This document shows positions 13,280-25,653 of a stretch of 64,000 nt of DNA, one piece after another. Within the stretch, counting starts at the first letter, position 1, and each line of letters starts with the position of its first letter. The stretch comes from Vicugna vicugna. Its lineage: Eukaryota. The translations under genes and the position numbers were made by a program. Under the pieces are notes generated by a model that saw only the letters and a program-made list of their open reading frames with translations, made no database searches and was not told the DNA's origin. The stretch covers positions 5,254,066-5,318,065 of the forward strand of contig MU058221.1 of NCBI GenBank assembly GCA_013265495.1, given 5' to 3'.

Positions 13280-14340
13280 GGGTACCTTTTCTTATTGGTC
13301 CTTTCCTTTTGTTTTTTCCGGATTGCTCTTCCTGGAACTCAGAGTGATTTGGATGCTGGGCTTCCCATTCCAGTTTCTCTGATTTTTTTTTTCTTTTTGT
13401 CTTTTTGCTCTACTTCTGGGACATTTCCTGTTTTTTTCTTTCTGTTCAGTTTTTCAATGCTGCTATCTTTTTTTCACCTTTAAAATCTTAAAAAAAAATT
13501 CTCTCAATGCTCTTTAACAAAAAAGTACCCTCTTCCTCTTTGATGGAGACAGTAGCTTTCCTCATGTCCCTGAAGATGTTAGTCTGTTAATATTAGTAAT
13601 GGTCCTCCCCTCACACACGTACATTGTCTGTTTCTGGGCTGTGTTGTTGTTGTTGTTCTGTTTGTTTGCCTTTGTGTCAAGGGCTTTAGGACTTCCCTGG
13701 TGGGCAACTCAGATTCCCTGGGGAAGTCTTCTCAAATCTCCCGCTGGAGGTAAAGTTCTCGGTAAGTCGATCTTGAGGAGGTAGGGGAGAAGAGCTGGAG
13801 CTGCAGCGGTCAGAACACAGCAAAACCACCTGTTCCTGCCCTGAAGCTCTCACCCTGGCCTGAGGGTCCAGTCTGGAGACCCTCAGGTCCCCGCTTTCCA
13901 GAGAAGACACTTTCAGGTTCGGGGGAGCCAGGGAAGGAGCTGTCCTGTGTTGCAGGGGGACTGGGGAGGGAGGTGCCACCCCTCATCCTCCTCAGTTCAG
14001 GCCCCTGAGTCCTCCATCCGAGTTTCTTTGGAGGGGCCGCCAATTCCTGATCTCTTGAGAATTTCATGGTAGAGAGGGGAGGGGGTGGTTCCTAGTTTCC
14101 TCCATCTCGGGCATCAGCGCTTCCTGTGCTCTGTTAAATCACTCCCTCCTCACCCATCTGCTGTCCAGCTTCCAAAGTTTGGCTACTGTGGTCCCCTCTC
14201 TCCTGTTTTCTCTGCCCTTTGGTTTCTCTCTCTCTTCCTCCCTCCTCCCCTTAATCTCGTTGCTGTAATGTTGGTGGGGTTTCAAGAGGGAGAGACACTG
14301 CATGTGTGTGCTCAGCCTGGCATCTTACCCTGCAAGCTTC
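13280..14340 (-). mobile_element. Highly decayed old L1-type fragment(s)
   Basis: T-rich composition with ctgctgtccagcttccaaagttt-type blocks; family not assigned. Confidence 0.35.
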
Positions 14341-14599
14341 CAATGAGCTTTTTCATATCGCCCTCTCTTATACCTGAATAGCCAGAGATCAGCTAATGAT
14401 TGAGGAAAGGCTCTGTGTGAATAAGAGAGGAAACCAAGCCAAACAAAAGCAGACGAACAAGCTTACACAGGGAAATAAAGCCAATGCAGGAAATAGAGGA
14501 AAACTTCAGAAAATAAAATATCCACAATGTATTCATGGTATAGTCAGTATATATGCTTTTTTCCCCCTTGAAACAGATAACTAAAGGACTTTAGGGACA

Positions 14600-15910
14600 A
14601 GTCTTAAAAACGCATGAAAGGGAACATATAAGAGTTTTTATCTCAACATGGTTTCTAATAGAACAAAATCTATGTAACCTAGATGTCTAAAAATAGAGGA
14701 GTAATTTAATAAATCATAGTATACAACTATAGTGGAATATCATGCAGCCATTAAAAATGATGTGATAGAAGTGTGTTTCTACAAATGGAAAGTAACTCAC
14801 AGTAAATCATCAAAAGATTAGAATACAGAATCAAAATCTTTACAGTAAAATCCTACTTTGGAAAATATATTATGTATATGTGCATAGAAAGACATACTAC
14901 CCTAGCCACAAAATGAATTTTGTCAGGCATATGTAGAATAGATAAACAAGATTATACTGTACAGCACAGGGAAATATATACAAGATCTTGTGGTGTCTCA
15001 CAGCAAAAAAAAAATGTGACAATGAATATATGTAACATATAACTTAAAAATTGTGCTCTACACTGGAATTTGACACAACATTGTAAAATGACTATAGCTC
15101 AATAAAAAAAAAGTTTAAAAAAAAAAGAAAAGAATTCTATCAGACTGGATTTAAAACCCTTTATGAGCAGATACAAATCTGGAAAAATAGGTCTCAAGAG
15201 TATTAGCAGTGATTACCCGGAGGGAATGGAATTACAGGTGAACATTATATTCTTCTTTGTGCTCTTCTGTATTTTGCCAATTATTTTTCAAAATGCATAT
15301 ATTACTTTAGAATCGGAATTCAGTGTTTTTTGATTTTGCTTTGTTTCTAATGTTTATTCCATTTCATCCAGTGACTCCTCTCCTAGGAAAATACCCTAAA
15401 GAGATAAACAGAGCAGATCAGAAAAATTATCTAAAAGAATTTTTTGCATAGTGTTATTTAGAATTGCAAAAAGGATGGGAAACAAGCTTATAACAATCTG
15501 AGACTGGTTAGATTGTATTACACGTACATGTTGGAATACTCAGCTGTTAATTCAAGCAGGAATTTTTTGATAGGTACTAGTATAGATAGACAGTATGATC
15601 TCGGTGCTGTTTAAAATGACTAGACATAGATTTAGGTATATTTCGGAAAAAGACTTGAAGGAGGCACACCAGACTGTTACAAGTGGTTGATTGTCCCGGG
15701 GTGATGGGCTTCCGTTACTGGAGCGTGGTTTCTGGGAGGGTTCAGATGGGGTCTCTTATACACCATTCCTGGATCTGGTGGCTGCTGCATTGCCGACTAT
15801 CTGCTGAGTGAGTGAACACACTATGGGTATTTTTGGTTTTCTTCTGTATACTTTCCTGTATATTCCAAAATTTCTACCATAACGTGTTTACTTGTCTCAT
15901 CACAATAAGT
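14600..15910 (+). mobile_element. Ancient L1ME-like 3' fragments (host of the young L1 at 14925)
   Basis: AT-rich: gtggaatatcatgcagccattaaaaatga, tcctaggaaaataccctaaagagata, ttttcttctgtatactttcctgtatattccaaaatttctac. Confidence 0.5.
14925..15127 (+). mobile_element. 5'-truncated LINE-1 3' end, same young family
   Basis: Reverse complement of the 237/22063 elements (agaatagataaacaagattatactgtacagcacaggg...aataaa, A-tail). Degenerate TSD aaatgaattttgtca / aaaagaattctatca. Confidence 0.82.
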
Positions 15911-16449
15911 AAGACACTTTAATGAGGAAAAGTGTAAAGAAAAAGGAAAACAGTGGGGGAGGTGGGTGGTGCAGAAAAATGGACCTTTTCCTCAACTGAC
16001 TCCCTTCTGCTTCCCAGGGTGGTGGTGACAATGACTCCTTCTGAACACCTCATGCCCCCCTCCCCAAACTGGCCGAATCTGGGGCTTCCAGACCACCCAA
16101 GGCACAGAACACTGGCACCTGGCCTGGTTTCCCTGAATAGGCGGACCTGGGTGGGCCAGGGAGAGGGGAGTGTGAGGGTTCCGTTCAACTTCAGCAGCTG
16201 AGCCAGGAGTCCCTGGCCAGGCCTGGTGCATTTCACTTGTCATCAGATCTTGGTCTTGCAGCTGCTCAGGCTACCACGGGCATCATAATTATTCCCTAGG
16301 GTGCAGATTTTTTGCCAGCACTGGGAGGTGGTGGCAGCCAGGGGGTGGGCTGGGGGAGACAGACTGCTGGAGAGAGGGTCTCATGGAGAAAGAGGGTGGC
16401 AGAGAGAGGAGGAGGAGTGAGGCAGAGGGTCACCAAGATTCTCTTCGTC

Positions 16450-16600
16450 ATAATAATAGCAATAGTTACTGCTTTGGGTCGTTGCTAAGCGCCAGGCTGT
16501 GCGCTGAGCGATTTTCCTGCATTATCGCCTTTAATCCGCACAAAACCCACTTGAGGTAGGATCCATATTATCGTTCCCATTTTACAGATGAGAAAGCAGC
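16450..16600 (-). mobile_element. MIR SINE
   Basis: ccaggctgtgcgctgagcg...tttaatccgcac...cccattttacagatgagaaagc. Confidence 0.6.
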
Positions 16601-16807
16601 CTTTGAAGTTCACACCATGAATTAAGAAACACCCAAGGCCTTGTTCCTAGCTGTTCCTGGCCCCGTGTTGCAAAGAGGCATTGCCTGGATAGCTGTGAAG
16701 TGGGGGCTCCAGTGAAAAACCCCTGTCTTCAGGACTGGGGTTGAGAAGTTTCCCGGAGAGCAGAAGCTGAGGGCCTTGGAGACCCAGTTCAGCCGAGGCC
16801 TGGAGGA

Positions 16808-16824
16808 GCCACCAGGGGGCAGCA
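16808..16824 (+). promoter_or_regulatory. CTCF-like motif (forward orientation)
   Basis: GCCACCAGGGGGCAGCA is a near-perfect CTCF consensus. Confidence 0.6.
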
Positions 16825-19800
16825 GAGGCCCGCACTGGCTGGGCGGCTATGTCCCCGGTTGACTGCAGGCTCTGGGCAGCTGTCCTGACTCAAAACCTGA
16901 ACCGCTGGTGGCCAAGAATAGCCGGGGCTGTAATTCACGTGGGTACTCCTTCTCGGGGTTTCGAAAGCCCCTCACGTCATCCCTACCATTTCACAATCCT
17001 GCTCACAGAGCACTTTTTCCATCTTCCTCTAAAACAGGTCCTATCTTGGCCGGTGAGGAGAAGGGCTCCGGGGACACACGCTTCCTGCAGACAGTGTGTT
17101 AGATGCTGAGCCGGGCACTGGGATTTAAATAAATTTTTTAAAAAGCCCATAAAACAGGTCTTACCCCCAGGGGAGACTGTCACAGAAATAAATTACCAAG
17201 GAACACTGTGCAAACAGCACATAATACATGTATGTGTCAGATCTGGTGGCTGCACAAAGTGAAAAAGAGGGCTGGAATTGTATCTTAAGGGTTTAGCTCA
17301 GAAGCGACCCAAGGGAGTGTGTCTGTCTGCAGGAGTTATCTTTCCTGTGAGCGGAAGCAGAGAAAGAGGCTGAGAATTCTGGTCTAGAAGGGTAAAGGGT
17401 CCCAGGCTGAAAAATATTAGATGCTATGAGAATGTCAAGTGTTCCAGAGCTAATGAAGCTGGCATCTCTTAAGTCCTGCGTCAGGGTGTGGGTTGGGATA
17501 ATACAAGCAGACCTAACCAGGGCTCAGGAAGATGGTGAGGGAGGGTGGAAGAGGGTGGGTGGGAGATTTTTACAGGGTCCATTGTCAAGGTCAGTGGGCT
17601 CCAGGACCCAGCAAAGCGAGTGGGGAAGAGACCCAGCCTTGCCTACTACCCTTTGTTTACCATGGCAGCCACGGTCCTTTGTCCCCAGGGATGGCAGCAG
17701 GAGAGCTCGGGCCAGCCCAGATGCTCCCTTCCCGAAGCCAGGGACTCAGGCTCTCAGGGTTATCCCAGTGGAGACTATCCTTGTGGGATTCCAGGTCTCC
17801 ATGCAGCCAACCTCCTCCCCTCCAAAAAAAGTTTGAAATGGGTCTGGCTGAGTGAGTAACTCTTTGACAACCTGGACTCATTCTTGGCTGATAACCTGTG
17901 TGGTCCCTGAAGGTCTGTCCTCCCCTGAGATGATCCCAGCAGGGACTGGGGTTGGCTGGGACACTGGGGATGCTGTCTCAGCTCTGCCTGCCCCCTGCAG
18001 CCCAGCAGACTTCAGTCGTGCCCACCTTGTGGCACGGTGGACGCAGGTGTACTGCGCGTGGCCATGAGAATGCCTGAGCCACGTGGGACCCCTGCTTTGC
18101 CAGTCTTTAATTTTATCCCCAGGAGACTTCTTCCTGGGCAGGCTAACCCCAGAGGGTGCTTTCAGGCAGCCATCCTCAGCACAGCCAAGGGCAAGGGTGA
18201 GGGCAGGCCACCAGGGCTCGGGGGCTCAGCCAGCCGTGGCCGCACTAGTCACCCAGGATGCTCAGTGGCTGGAATCCCGTTACTCAAGCCATTCTGGTTA
18301 GACAAGAGCCATTCTCAACACATTTAAAATCGTAGACTTTTGGGGTTAGGAATTGTTCTAGAATATAACCTCATCCCTAAGCATTTGATGAGTTACTTAA
18401 TATAGGTCTGTCTCTCTGCCTTTATATTGTCTTCTCCAGAATGTTACTGGATTCCCACTCCATGAGTTTTCTAGAACTAGAAATTAAACAAGTGGGAGAT
18501 GGGGCCGAATGAAAAATTATGACATTCGTGTGTTACCTTTTTTTGGGTCAAGCGCAATGTCACACGTTTCCTCATCTCTTTCTCACAACAACACTGGGAA
18601 AGTTACCACCACAGATACTGTCATCGGACCAAGGAAGAAGCAGGCCCTGACTGGTGAAGCGCCTGGCTTAGCACCGAGCGGGCAGGGAGTGTCTGAACCG
18701 GCCTTCCGTTAGACTCTCTGGGGTTCAGGCCCCAGGCCTCCCCTCTCCTTCATGGGGCTCCTGCGGTGTGGGAAACACCTGGGCAGCTTTGGTTACGTTG
18801 GTTTGCTGTGACCAAACCAGACTGGTTTCGCTGCCTCTCTCCCGCACACTGAAGGCTAAGCCCCAGATAACTCCAAGGCATTGAACAGGAAGAGAGAGAC
18901 CTGTGGGTCGTGTGTGGGTCTGCGCCGCGGGCTTATTTAAGTACATTCAGTCAGTAACTGTTTGTCTGAGCCAAACTGTGCTCATGGGGCAACCGAGTCA
19001 CCCTCCAGCGTGTCCTCATGTCTGTAAAGCCCGCAAGGGCAGGCCGGCCTGGTGACCATGTGTCTAGGGAGGGCCAAGTCCCGCCTGAGCTCTGCCGGGC
19101 TGCTCTGCCCTTGGGGCGCCCCTGTTAGTGGAGGAGATGGACAGGTAGGCCGTGAGCCCATCTGCCGACACAGCCGTGTGGGCTCAGGGTGGTGAAGGAG
19201 CTCAGAGGAGGGGGTCTCGAGAATCTGCTAGTGGAAGAGAATGGGGCCAGGTCGGGGGATGTGTCACTGAGGAGGTGGCATTTGAGCTGCCCTCTGAAGG
19301 ATGAAAGGAATTCACCAGGTGGAGGGAGGGCGCTCTTGGCAAGAGAACAGCATGATCAAAGCTCAGAGGCTTGGGTGATGAGGCACAGAGAGGGTGCTAT
19401 GGGTGTGAGGGAGTGTGTGTGTGTAAGAGAGAGACAGAGACACACAGAGACAGAGACTCCGTTGATGCTCACCTAACTTTCTTTGGTCTCTGATTTCCCC
19501 CTTGAGCCCCTGCCCCGGGGCTCTTGGCCCAGCCCTGACCTCTCCAGGCTTCTCCCGGCTCCCCTGTGGGCTCGGAGCTTCTGCACTTGAGCCCCACAAG
19601 TGCTTCCCTGTTCCCTCAGCAGCTCCCGCCTTGACTTTGTTCTTCCTAAGCCGGCCCTAAGCTTGGCTTCCATGAGGACACTTGATCCCATCCCGTGGCT
19701 GGCAGTGGGGCGCGGCCCTCGGAGCAGCTGCGAGGATGGTGTTGACTCCAGATGGAAAGTGTTTCGAGAATTCTGACGTGACATCACACTGTCAGGACAC

Positions 19801-21613
19801 TGCGCTGCCAGTAACTGATCTGGGAAGGGCCAGGTGAAGTCATTTCCAACCTTGCGGCTGGTCCAGGGCTGGCTGGGACCAGGGAGCTCGGCTGCGGGCG
19901 TGGGGATCTAGAACCAAGGGTGACACCGGGAGAGGACTTCTGGGCGTCTGACTGTCACCGGGAGCAGCCCCGAGGCAAACAGAGGTGCTTCATCCATTTC
20001 CTGTGACTTGAGCCCAGCGGAGGCCCCGCACTCACATCATGGGCTGTGGGCGAGGTTGCCTGGCTGCTCTTGGCTCTCCCACCCCATCCTGGGGCTTTGG
20101 CCACCTCTCCTCTCACAGGGCCATTCCCGAAGGGCCACTGACCCTCTGCATGTGGCCTCCCCCGGCTCAGCCCTGCTAGCCCCGCTAAGCCCTGCTTAGC
20201 CAGGTGAAGAGTGGGGGCTGCCCAGCCGCCTGCCGGAGGGGGAAAGGGGAGCCCCGCCACAGCTGACATCCGCACCCGGGCCCAGGCCCAGGGCTTGTCT
20301 TCAAGGCACCATCTGTTGCCTGCGAGGGCTGAGCAGGGACAGAAGTCTGGCACCGGAGCTCAGAAGGCAGGGCTGGGAGGGGCAAGCCACAGGGCTTGCA
20401 TGGAGGTTTGGGGATGCCCTCGGGGAGACAGCACCCTCATTGCCCCTTCTTCTGCCACCATCACCCACCTGTGCAAAGTCTGGACCTGGGCCTGAAGAAT
20501 AAAAAGAGTTAGAAGCGGTCAGTCCCCAGTTCAGGCGGGCTTCGGCTTCCCTGACATCAAGAGCATTCCCTTCTGGGGAAGCCAGAGGGCACAGCCAGAT
20601 GGTCTCCAGCCCAGGCCCTGGGCTTTGGGCCACAGGATGGGCTGCCCGGGGTTGGCGCCCTGGCTGGCTCTCTGCCCCTCCCTGGGAGCAGGCCAGGGAC
20701 ACAGAGCTGGACACGGTGGGAGACACCTCTGGGTGGGAACAAAACCTCGGCTGGTCAAGGCCCTCAGGACAGGGACATTCTCATGGGGACTGGGAGCAAG
20801 AGAGCCATCTGGGCCCTTGGCTGCCTGTTCCTGCCACCTGCTGCTTTAAAAGGGGCCGGTGGGTTTGGTGGGTTGGAGAGAAGGGAAAAAGGGGAGGTGA
20901 GGGGACCCGAAGATCTGGAGGGAAAGAGAGAAAAACATGAAAGGGGGAGGAGAGGGGAGAGGGAGGGTTGGGGTACAGGTAACAGACGCCCCAAAATAAC
21001 AGTGCCTTAAACAAGATGGCAGATGGCAGTTCCTCTTACATAGGTAGGTGGTCCAGTGCTAGAGTGGGCTCATTCTTTTTCCACCATTCCTGACAATCCT
21101 GAGCTGCTGCGTGGACAAAGGGGTGGGAAAGGGGCGGGGCCCCCACCTCATTTTAGGGCCCCGTGAGGGGGTTGTACACATCACTTCCCTGCAAGCTCAC
21201 TGGCCAGAATGTAGTCACCAGAGAGACACAGCTGCGAGAGAGGCTGGGAAATGCAGTCTTTGTTCTGAGCACCCATGTGTCTAGAGTAAAAAGCTAAATG
21301 AGAAAGGAGACTGGATATCGGGGCAGGAAAATAAAGAGGAAGGGCAGCTCTTGGAAGAACAAGGGGAGAGGACAGAAAGGGAAGGAGGGTAAAAACCCTT
21401 TGGAGCAGCTTGTACCCATGGCCAGACCTGACCTCCCAGCACATCTGGCTCCATCCCAGGGTGACCAGGTTTCGGGATCTGTCATAAGCAATTTCCTCAT
21501 GGGCCAGGAGCCCTTTCCCTTCCGAAAGGTCGATTAACCTGCTTCTGGAGCCCAGAGCTGAAGTGGGCTGTGGATGCCTTGCCAAGGGTCTCTGGAGAAG
21601 TTCTGCATCTAAC

Positions 21614-21705
21614 GAGAAGGAGAAGGAGAAAGAAGAAAGAAGAAAGAAGAAAGAAGAAAGAAGAAGAGGGAGGGGGAGGGGGAGGGGAAGAAAAAAAAGA
21701 AAAAG
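21614..21705 (+). repeat. 92-nt pure purine tract, (AAGAAAG)n/(GGGGGA)n
   Basis: No pyrimidine between 21614 and 21705. Confidence 0.9.
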
Positions 21706-21879
21706 CAAATACAGGGTTTTACTTTCCTACTTAGCCAAGAAGATGCTCCGGAGTGACCTGGCGATGGTGAGGAGGATGTGATAAGCCATACTTAAGTCAG
21801 ACTCTTTCAGGACATAAGGAAGGAACTTGTCCTGTTTCCTTCAAGGTACGTGAAGGTACATAAAACATGGGGCCACTTC

Positions 21880-22640
21880 ACATATCAATCAGGTTGCTTT
21901 GGGCTGCAAGTAACAGTAAACTCAACCTAAATGTTCAATCAGAGCGTTTATTATGTCCCCAAACAAGAAGTCCAGAGGAGGGCAGTTCCAGGATTGGTTA
22001 ATTCAACAGCTCTGTGATGTCTGGGCTCTGGTTCCATTTCCCAGAAATTCTCATAGCTTTTTTTTTTTTTAACATTTCTTTATTGAGTTATAGTCATTTT
22101 ACAATGTTGTGTCAATTTCCAGTGCAGAGCACAACTTTCAGTTATACATGAACACACATATATTCATTGTCACATTTTTTTTGCTTTGAGCTACCACAAG
22201 ATCTTGTATATATTCCCCTGTGCTATACAGTATAGTCTTGTTTATCTATTCTGCATATGCCTGTCAATGTCTACACATTTGAAAATCCCAGTCTGTCCCT
22301 TCCCACCCCCTCCCCCTCTCATAGCTTTTTCATTTGGTTATAAGATGGCAGCCAGACCTGCAAGCATTACGTCCTCCTAAAATTGCTTTCAAAGAAAGTC
22401 TGTTCCTCCCCAGTGTCATTTGTTCTGGGTGGATAACCGTTCTCAGAATCTCTCCATTAGAATTTCCCTTCTCTTGGCTACACTGGGTTACCTCTCTACT
22501 CTTAATCAAATACTGGCAAGGGGAAATGGGATTACCCCTTCCCATGGAATGGCTGGGTTAGACCAGCTGTGACTCACTATGTGGGACCCACTTTCACTGA
22601 GCACACCGCATCTAGATTCAAACAAAAATGAGTTCTGTTA
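21880..22640 (-). mobile_element. Old MaLR LTR interrupted by the young L1 at 22063-22316
   Basis: ttgggctgcaagtaacag...aacaagaagtccagaggagggcagttcc...ggttataagatggcagcc. Confidence 0.45.
22063..22316 (-). mobile_element. Young 5'-truncated LINE-1 3' end (same family as 237-481) with 14-bp TSD
   Basis: Highly similar to 237-481 (cattttacaatgttgtgtcaa...tgtgctatacagtata...atcccagtct). TSD TCTCATAGCTTTTT at 22049-22062 and 22317-22330. Confidence 0.88.
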
Positions 22641-22667
22641 TCAGAGAAATAGGGAGCCATTGCCTCA

Positions 22668-23185
22668 TGTGGTGTCTTTAATATGTCTACAACTTCTTTG
22701 ACTCTTCCCTTCAAAAGGTGGCAGCAGATTCTCATCCCCTTGAGTGTGGGCTGAGCCTAGTGGTTCATTTCTAACGAATAGAGAGTGGCAGGAGCAATCA
22801 TGCATGAATTTGGAGACCAGGTATAAAAGGCAGAGGAGATTTTGCCTTTCTCTCTCTTGGATCACTTGCTCTGGGAAGGCCAGCCACTGGGCCACGAGGA
22901 CACTCCGGTGGCCCCACAAAGACGTCCACATGGGGAGGAAGTGAGACCTTCTACCAACAGCCATATGAGGGAGCCATTTTGGAAATGGGTCTTCCAGCCC
23001 CAGTCAAGTCTTCAGATGACCGCAGCCCTGGCCAACGTCTTGACGACAACCTTGTGAGAGACCCCAAGCCAAAACCCTCCAGCTAAGCTACTCTCAGATT
23101 CCTGACTTTCTCACAGGAACTGTGAGATCATAAAGGTTTATTGTTTGAAGCCACCAAGTTTTGGGGTGATCTGTTGTGCAGCCAG
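22668..23185 (+). mobile_element. ERVL-MaLR solo LTR (MLT1F-like)
   Basis: tgtggt start, cccttgagtgtgggctg, cagccccagtcaagtcttcagatgaccgcagccctggcc, aactgtgagatcataaa...ttgtttgaagccaccaagttttgggg. Confidence 0.7.
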
Positions 23186-23289
23186 AGCTGGGACTAGGGT
23201 AAAGCGGGTGAGGGAACCAGGGCACAAAGTCTGAGGGCCAGTGCTGAGTGAGCGCCTCCTTAGATACTGTGCCCTCGGTTCCTCACTTC

Positions 23290-23800
23290 CACCCCTGTAT
23301 CTAGCAGTACATAAAGCTCCGCACCCCTTTCGTCTTCCCAGCATTCTCCAGCTTGTACTTGGTGGTCCTTGGGGTTCTGATGAAGCTGGCTCCATCTCTG
23401 GGTCAAAGGGTGGAGCATGCGGCTAAGCCCGTCAGCACATTCCAGTTCCCTTACGTCATGGTGACGGGCTCGGTCACGGCACGTGACCCAGTCTTGTCCA
23501 ATCAGAGTAGATGTCAAGCCTTTTGCTAGGAATGCTGGGACAGATATGATTACACTTGATTGAACAAGTCAGTGTAACCATTGGGGATTTCTGGTAGCCT
23601 TTTTGGGGACCTCTGAGGGGAATCAGTTTGAGGATAATGCTGTTAGAAGGATACAAAGAAACCGGGTTTTTGGTAATATTGTTCAGCTGCTAGATTAACA
23701 CCTACCCAGAGCCAGCTTTCTCTCTGGACTTTTGAGCCCAGTGAGCTCAGAATTTCCCTTTAAAATATTTAAACCAGTTTGTCTGGTTTTCTATTACAGG
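23290..23800 (+). mobile_element. ERVL LTR (LTR16/LTR33-like)
   Basis: gtgacccagtcttgtccaatcagag...ttgctaggaatgctggg...ctctggactt...aaaccagtttg...ttttctatta. Confidence 0.45.
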
Positions 23801-24529
23801 CAAAGGAAAACCCAAATGTGATGTTAAACACACATAGGAGACCCCACATCGGTTACTCACACAGATGCTGCCAAGGATCCAGCTGTTTCACACTGTGCAG
23901 AGTAAGTATCCAGATGTTCCGCCGAAGTGTTCTTGTTTCAGCCAGATGTTGAATATCTTGTAGACGCGAGGTTAACATGACTTAATGCTTAAAAGCAAAC
24001 GTTCCCCTCTTCCCCTCACTCCTTTGCCCCCGATCTGGTGCCTGCCCACTCCTGGTCTTTTCCAGGTAGTCATGTCCCACCCGAATCCTCAGGCAGGTGC
24101 CATGACTTGTATCATGTGATACCACCTCCCCGACTTGTCCCCTTCTTCCACAGCTAATAAGCCCAGGGATTCGTATCTAGCCCAGAGAGCCAGTCTAGGG
24201 GCTGGGCAATAACCCATGTGTGGCCTGGCATGAAGAGATGAGCTGAGGCAATTAGCATCTTTCTTTGTCTCTCCGAACTAAGACATCTTGGAAAAGTGGT
24301 TAGAAGCAGAGCCGTGGCGCAGAGATGGGGCCACTGGAGGATGTTAAGCAAACAAAAGTTATACAGGAGCAGAAATGAGAAGCAGGTGAGGCTACAAGGA
24401 GAGAAGCATTATCCTAGAGTCCAGGGAAAGAGTGAACTTGCTGGTAGTGAGAAGAGGATGGAGTCGATTCACAGAGAAGCTGACTCCCTGAGAGACAGCA
24501 GGAGCCGCTGTGAAAGAGATGGAGAAGAA

Positions 24530-24930
24530 TTAGTCAGGATAGGCTAGATTCTGCTGTGGAAACAAAGATCCCCCAAAGCTCAGTGGCTTAACCCAACAAG
24601 AGTTTATTCTGGACCACACATGACCTGTCCATCACAGGTGAGCAGAGGAGGCTCTGTGCACTTGGTCTCATGAGAACTCAGGCCAACAGAGGTTCCGTCT
24701 TGACACGTGCTTCCATGATTTCAAAGGCAGGGGAAGGAAATTCAGCCAGTTGCACATCAGCTGTTTACGCTTCTGTCCAGAGGTGACACCTGCCCCTTCT
24801 GCTTACGATTCATTGGCTAAAGCAAAGCTCATGGCTGTGCCTAATTTTAAAGGTAGAAGAGTTGGTGATACTATCGTGTGCATAGAAAGGGGAAAACCAG
24901 GAATGTTTGTGATCAGTCTTATTGATGTCC
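24530..24930 (-). mobile_element. MaLR LTR (MLT1J/K-like)
   Basis: agtcaggataggctagattctgctgtggaaacaaag...ctcagtggcttaacccaacaagagtttattc...ttcattggctaaagcaa; similar to 10632-11005. Confidence 0.5.
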
Positions 24931-25371
24931 AGAGAGAGGGAAGCTGGTCCTGAGAGAAGCCTCAGGTCCCACAGGCCCAGATTTCGAGAGGCCTTGCCTT
25001 AGTGCTGTGGTTTGTGTTCACACGAGATCCCCATCCCCACCAGCCTCCCCCTTCACACACATGCTTATTTCTTGCCCTACCTCCAGAGACTCCTCATTTC
25101 CTTTGAATGCTCCTTTCCCAGTGAAGGACTCCGTTCCTCAAAAGCCTAAAGCCAGCACAATCACCTCTGTGTCTCTGTTTGATTACAAGGTGGTGATCTC
25201 AGGAATGTCCCAGAGGACTGTGGGAAACTCAGTTTGCATATGAAGACCTTGTAGGCTCCCCTGGCAGGAAATGATCCACATCCATGAAGCTTTCTAGTGT
25301 CTACTCTTTGCCAAGCACTGGGCTAAGAAGGTTGCTTGAATTATCTCATTTAAAACCCTTTTCAAAAAATT

Positions 25372-25653
25372 CTTATTTTTTACTGAAGTGTGGTCAATTT
25401 ACAATGTTAGCTTCAGGTGTACAGCGAAGTGATTTAGTTACACACACACACACACATTTGTTTTCAGAATCTTTTTCATTACAACTCATTATAAGAAATT
25501 GAATATAGCTCCCTGTGCCATACAGTAGGTCCTTGTTGTTTATCTATTTTATATATAGTAATGTGTGTTTCTTAATCCCAAACTCCTAATCTATCCCTCC
25601 CCTCTTCTTTCCCCTCCTGGTAACCACAGTTTGCTTTCAACGTCCATGAGTCT
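25372..25653 (-). mobile_element. L1 3' end (older artiodactyl-type), inserted in a MIR
   Basis: ttttactgaagtgtggtcaatttacaatgtt...caggtgtacagc...ccctgtgccatacagtaggtccttgttgtttatctatttt...ggtaaccacagtttg. MIR-like halves flank it. Confidence 0.75.

Noticed and set aside
21181..21781. ORFs with poly-Lys/Arg/Glu or poly-Phe/Leu runs (also 31146-31504, 51818-52104)
   Set aside because: These are translations of microsatellites and purine tracts.
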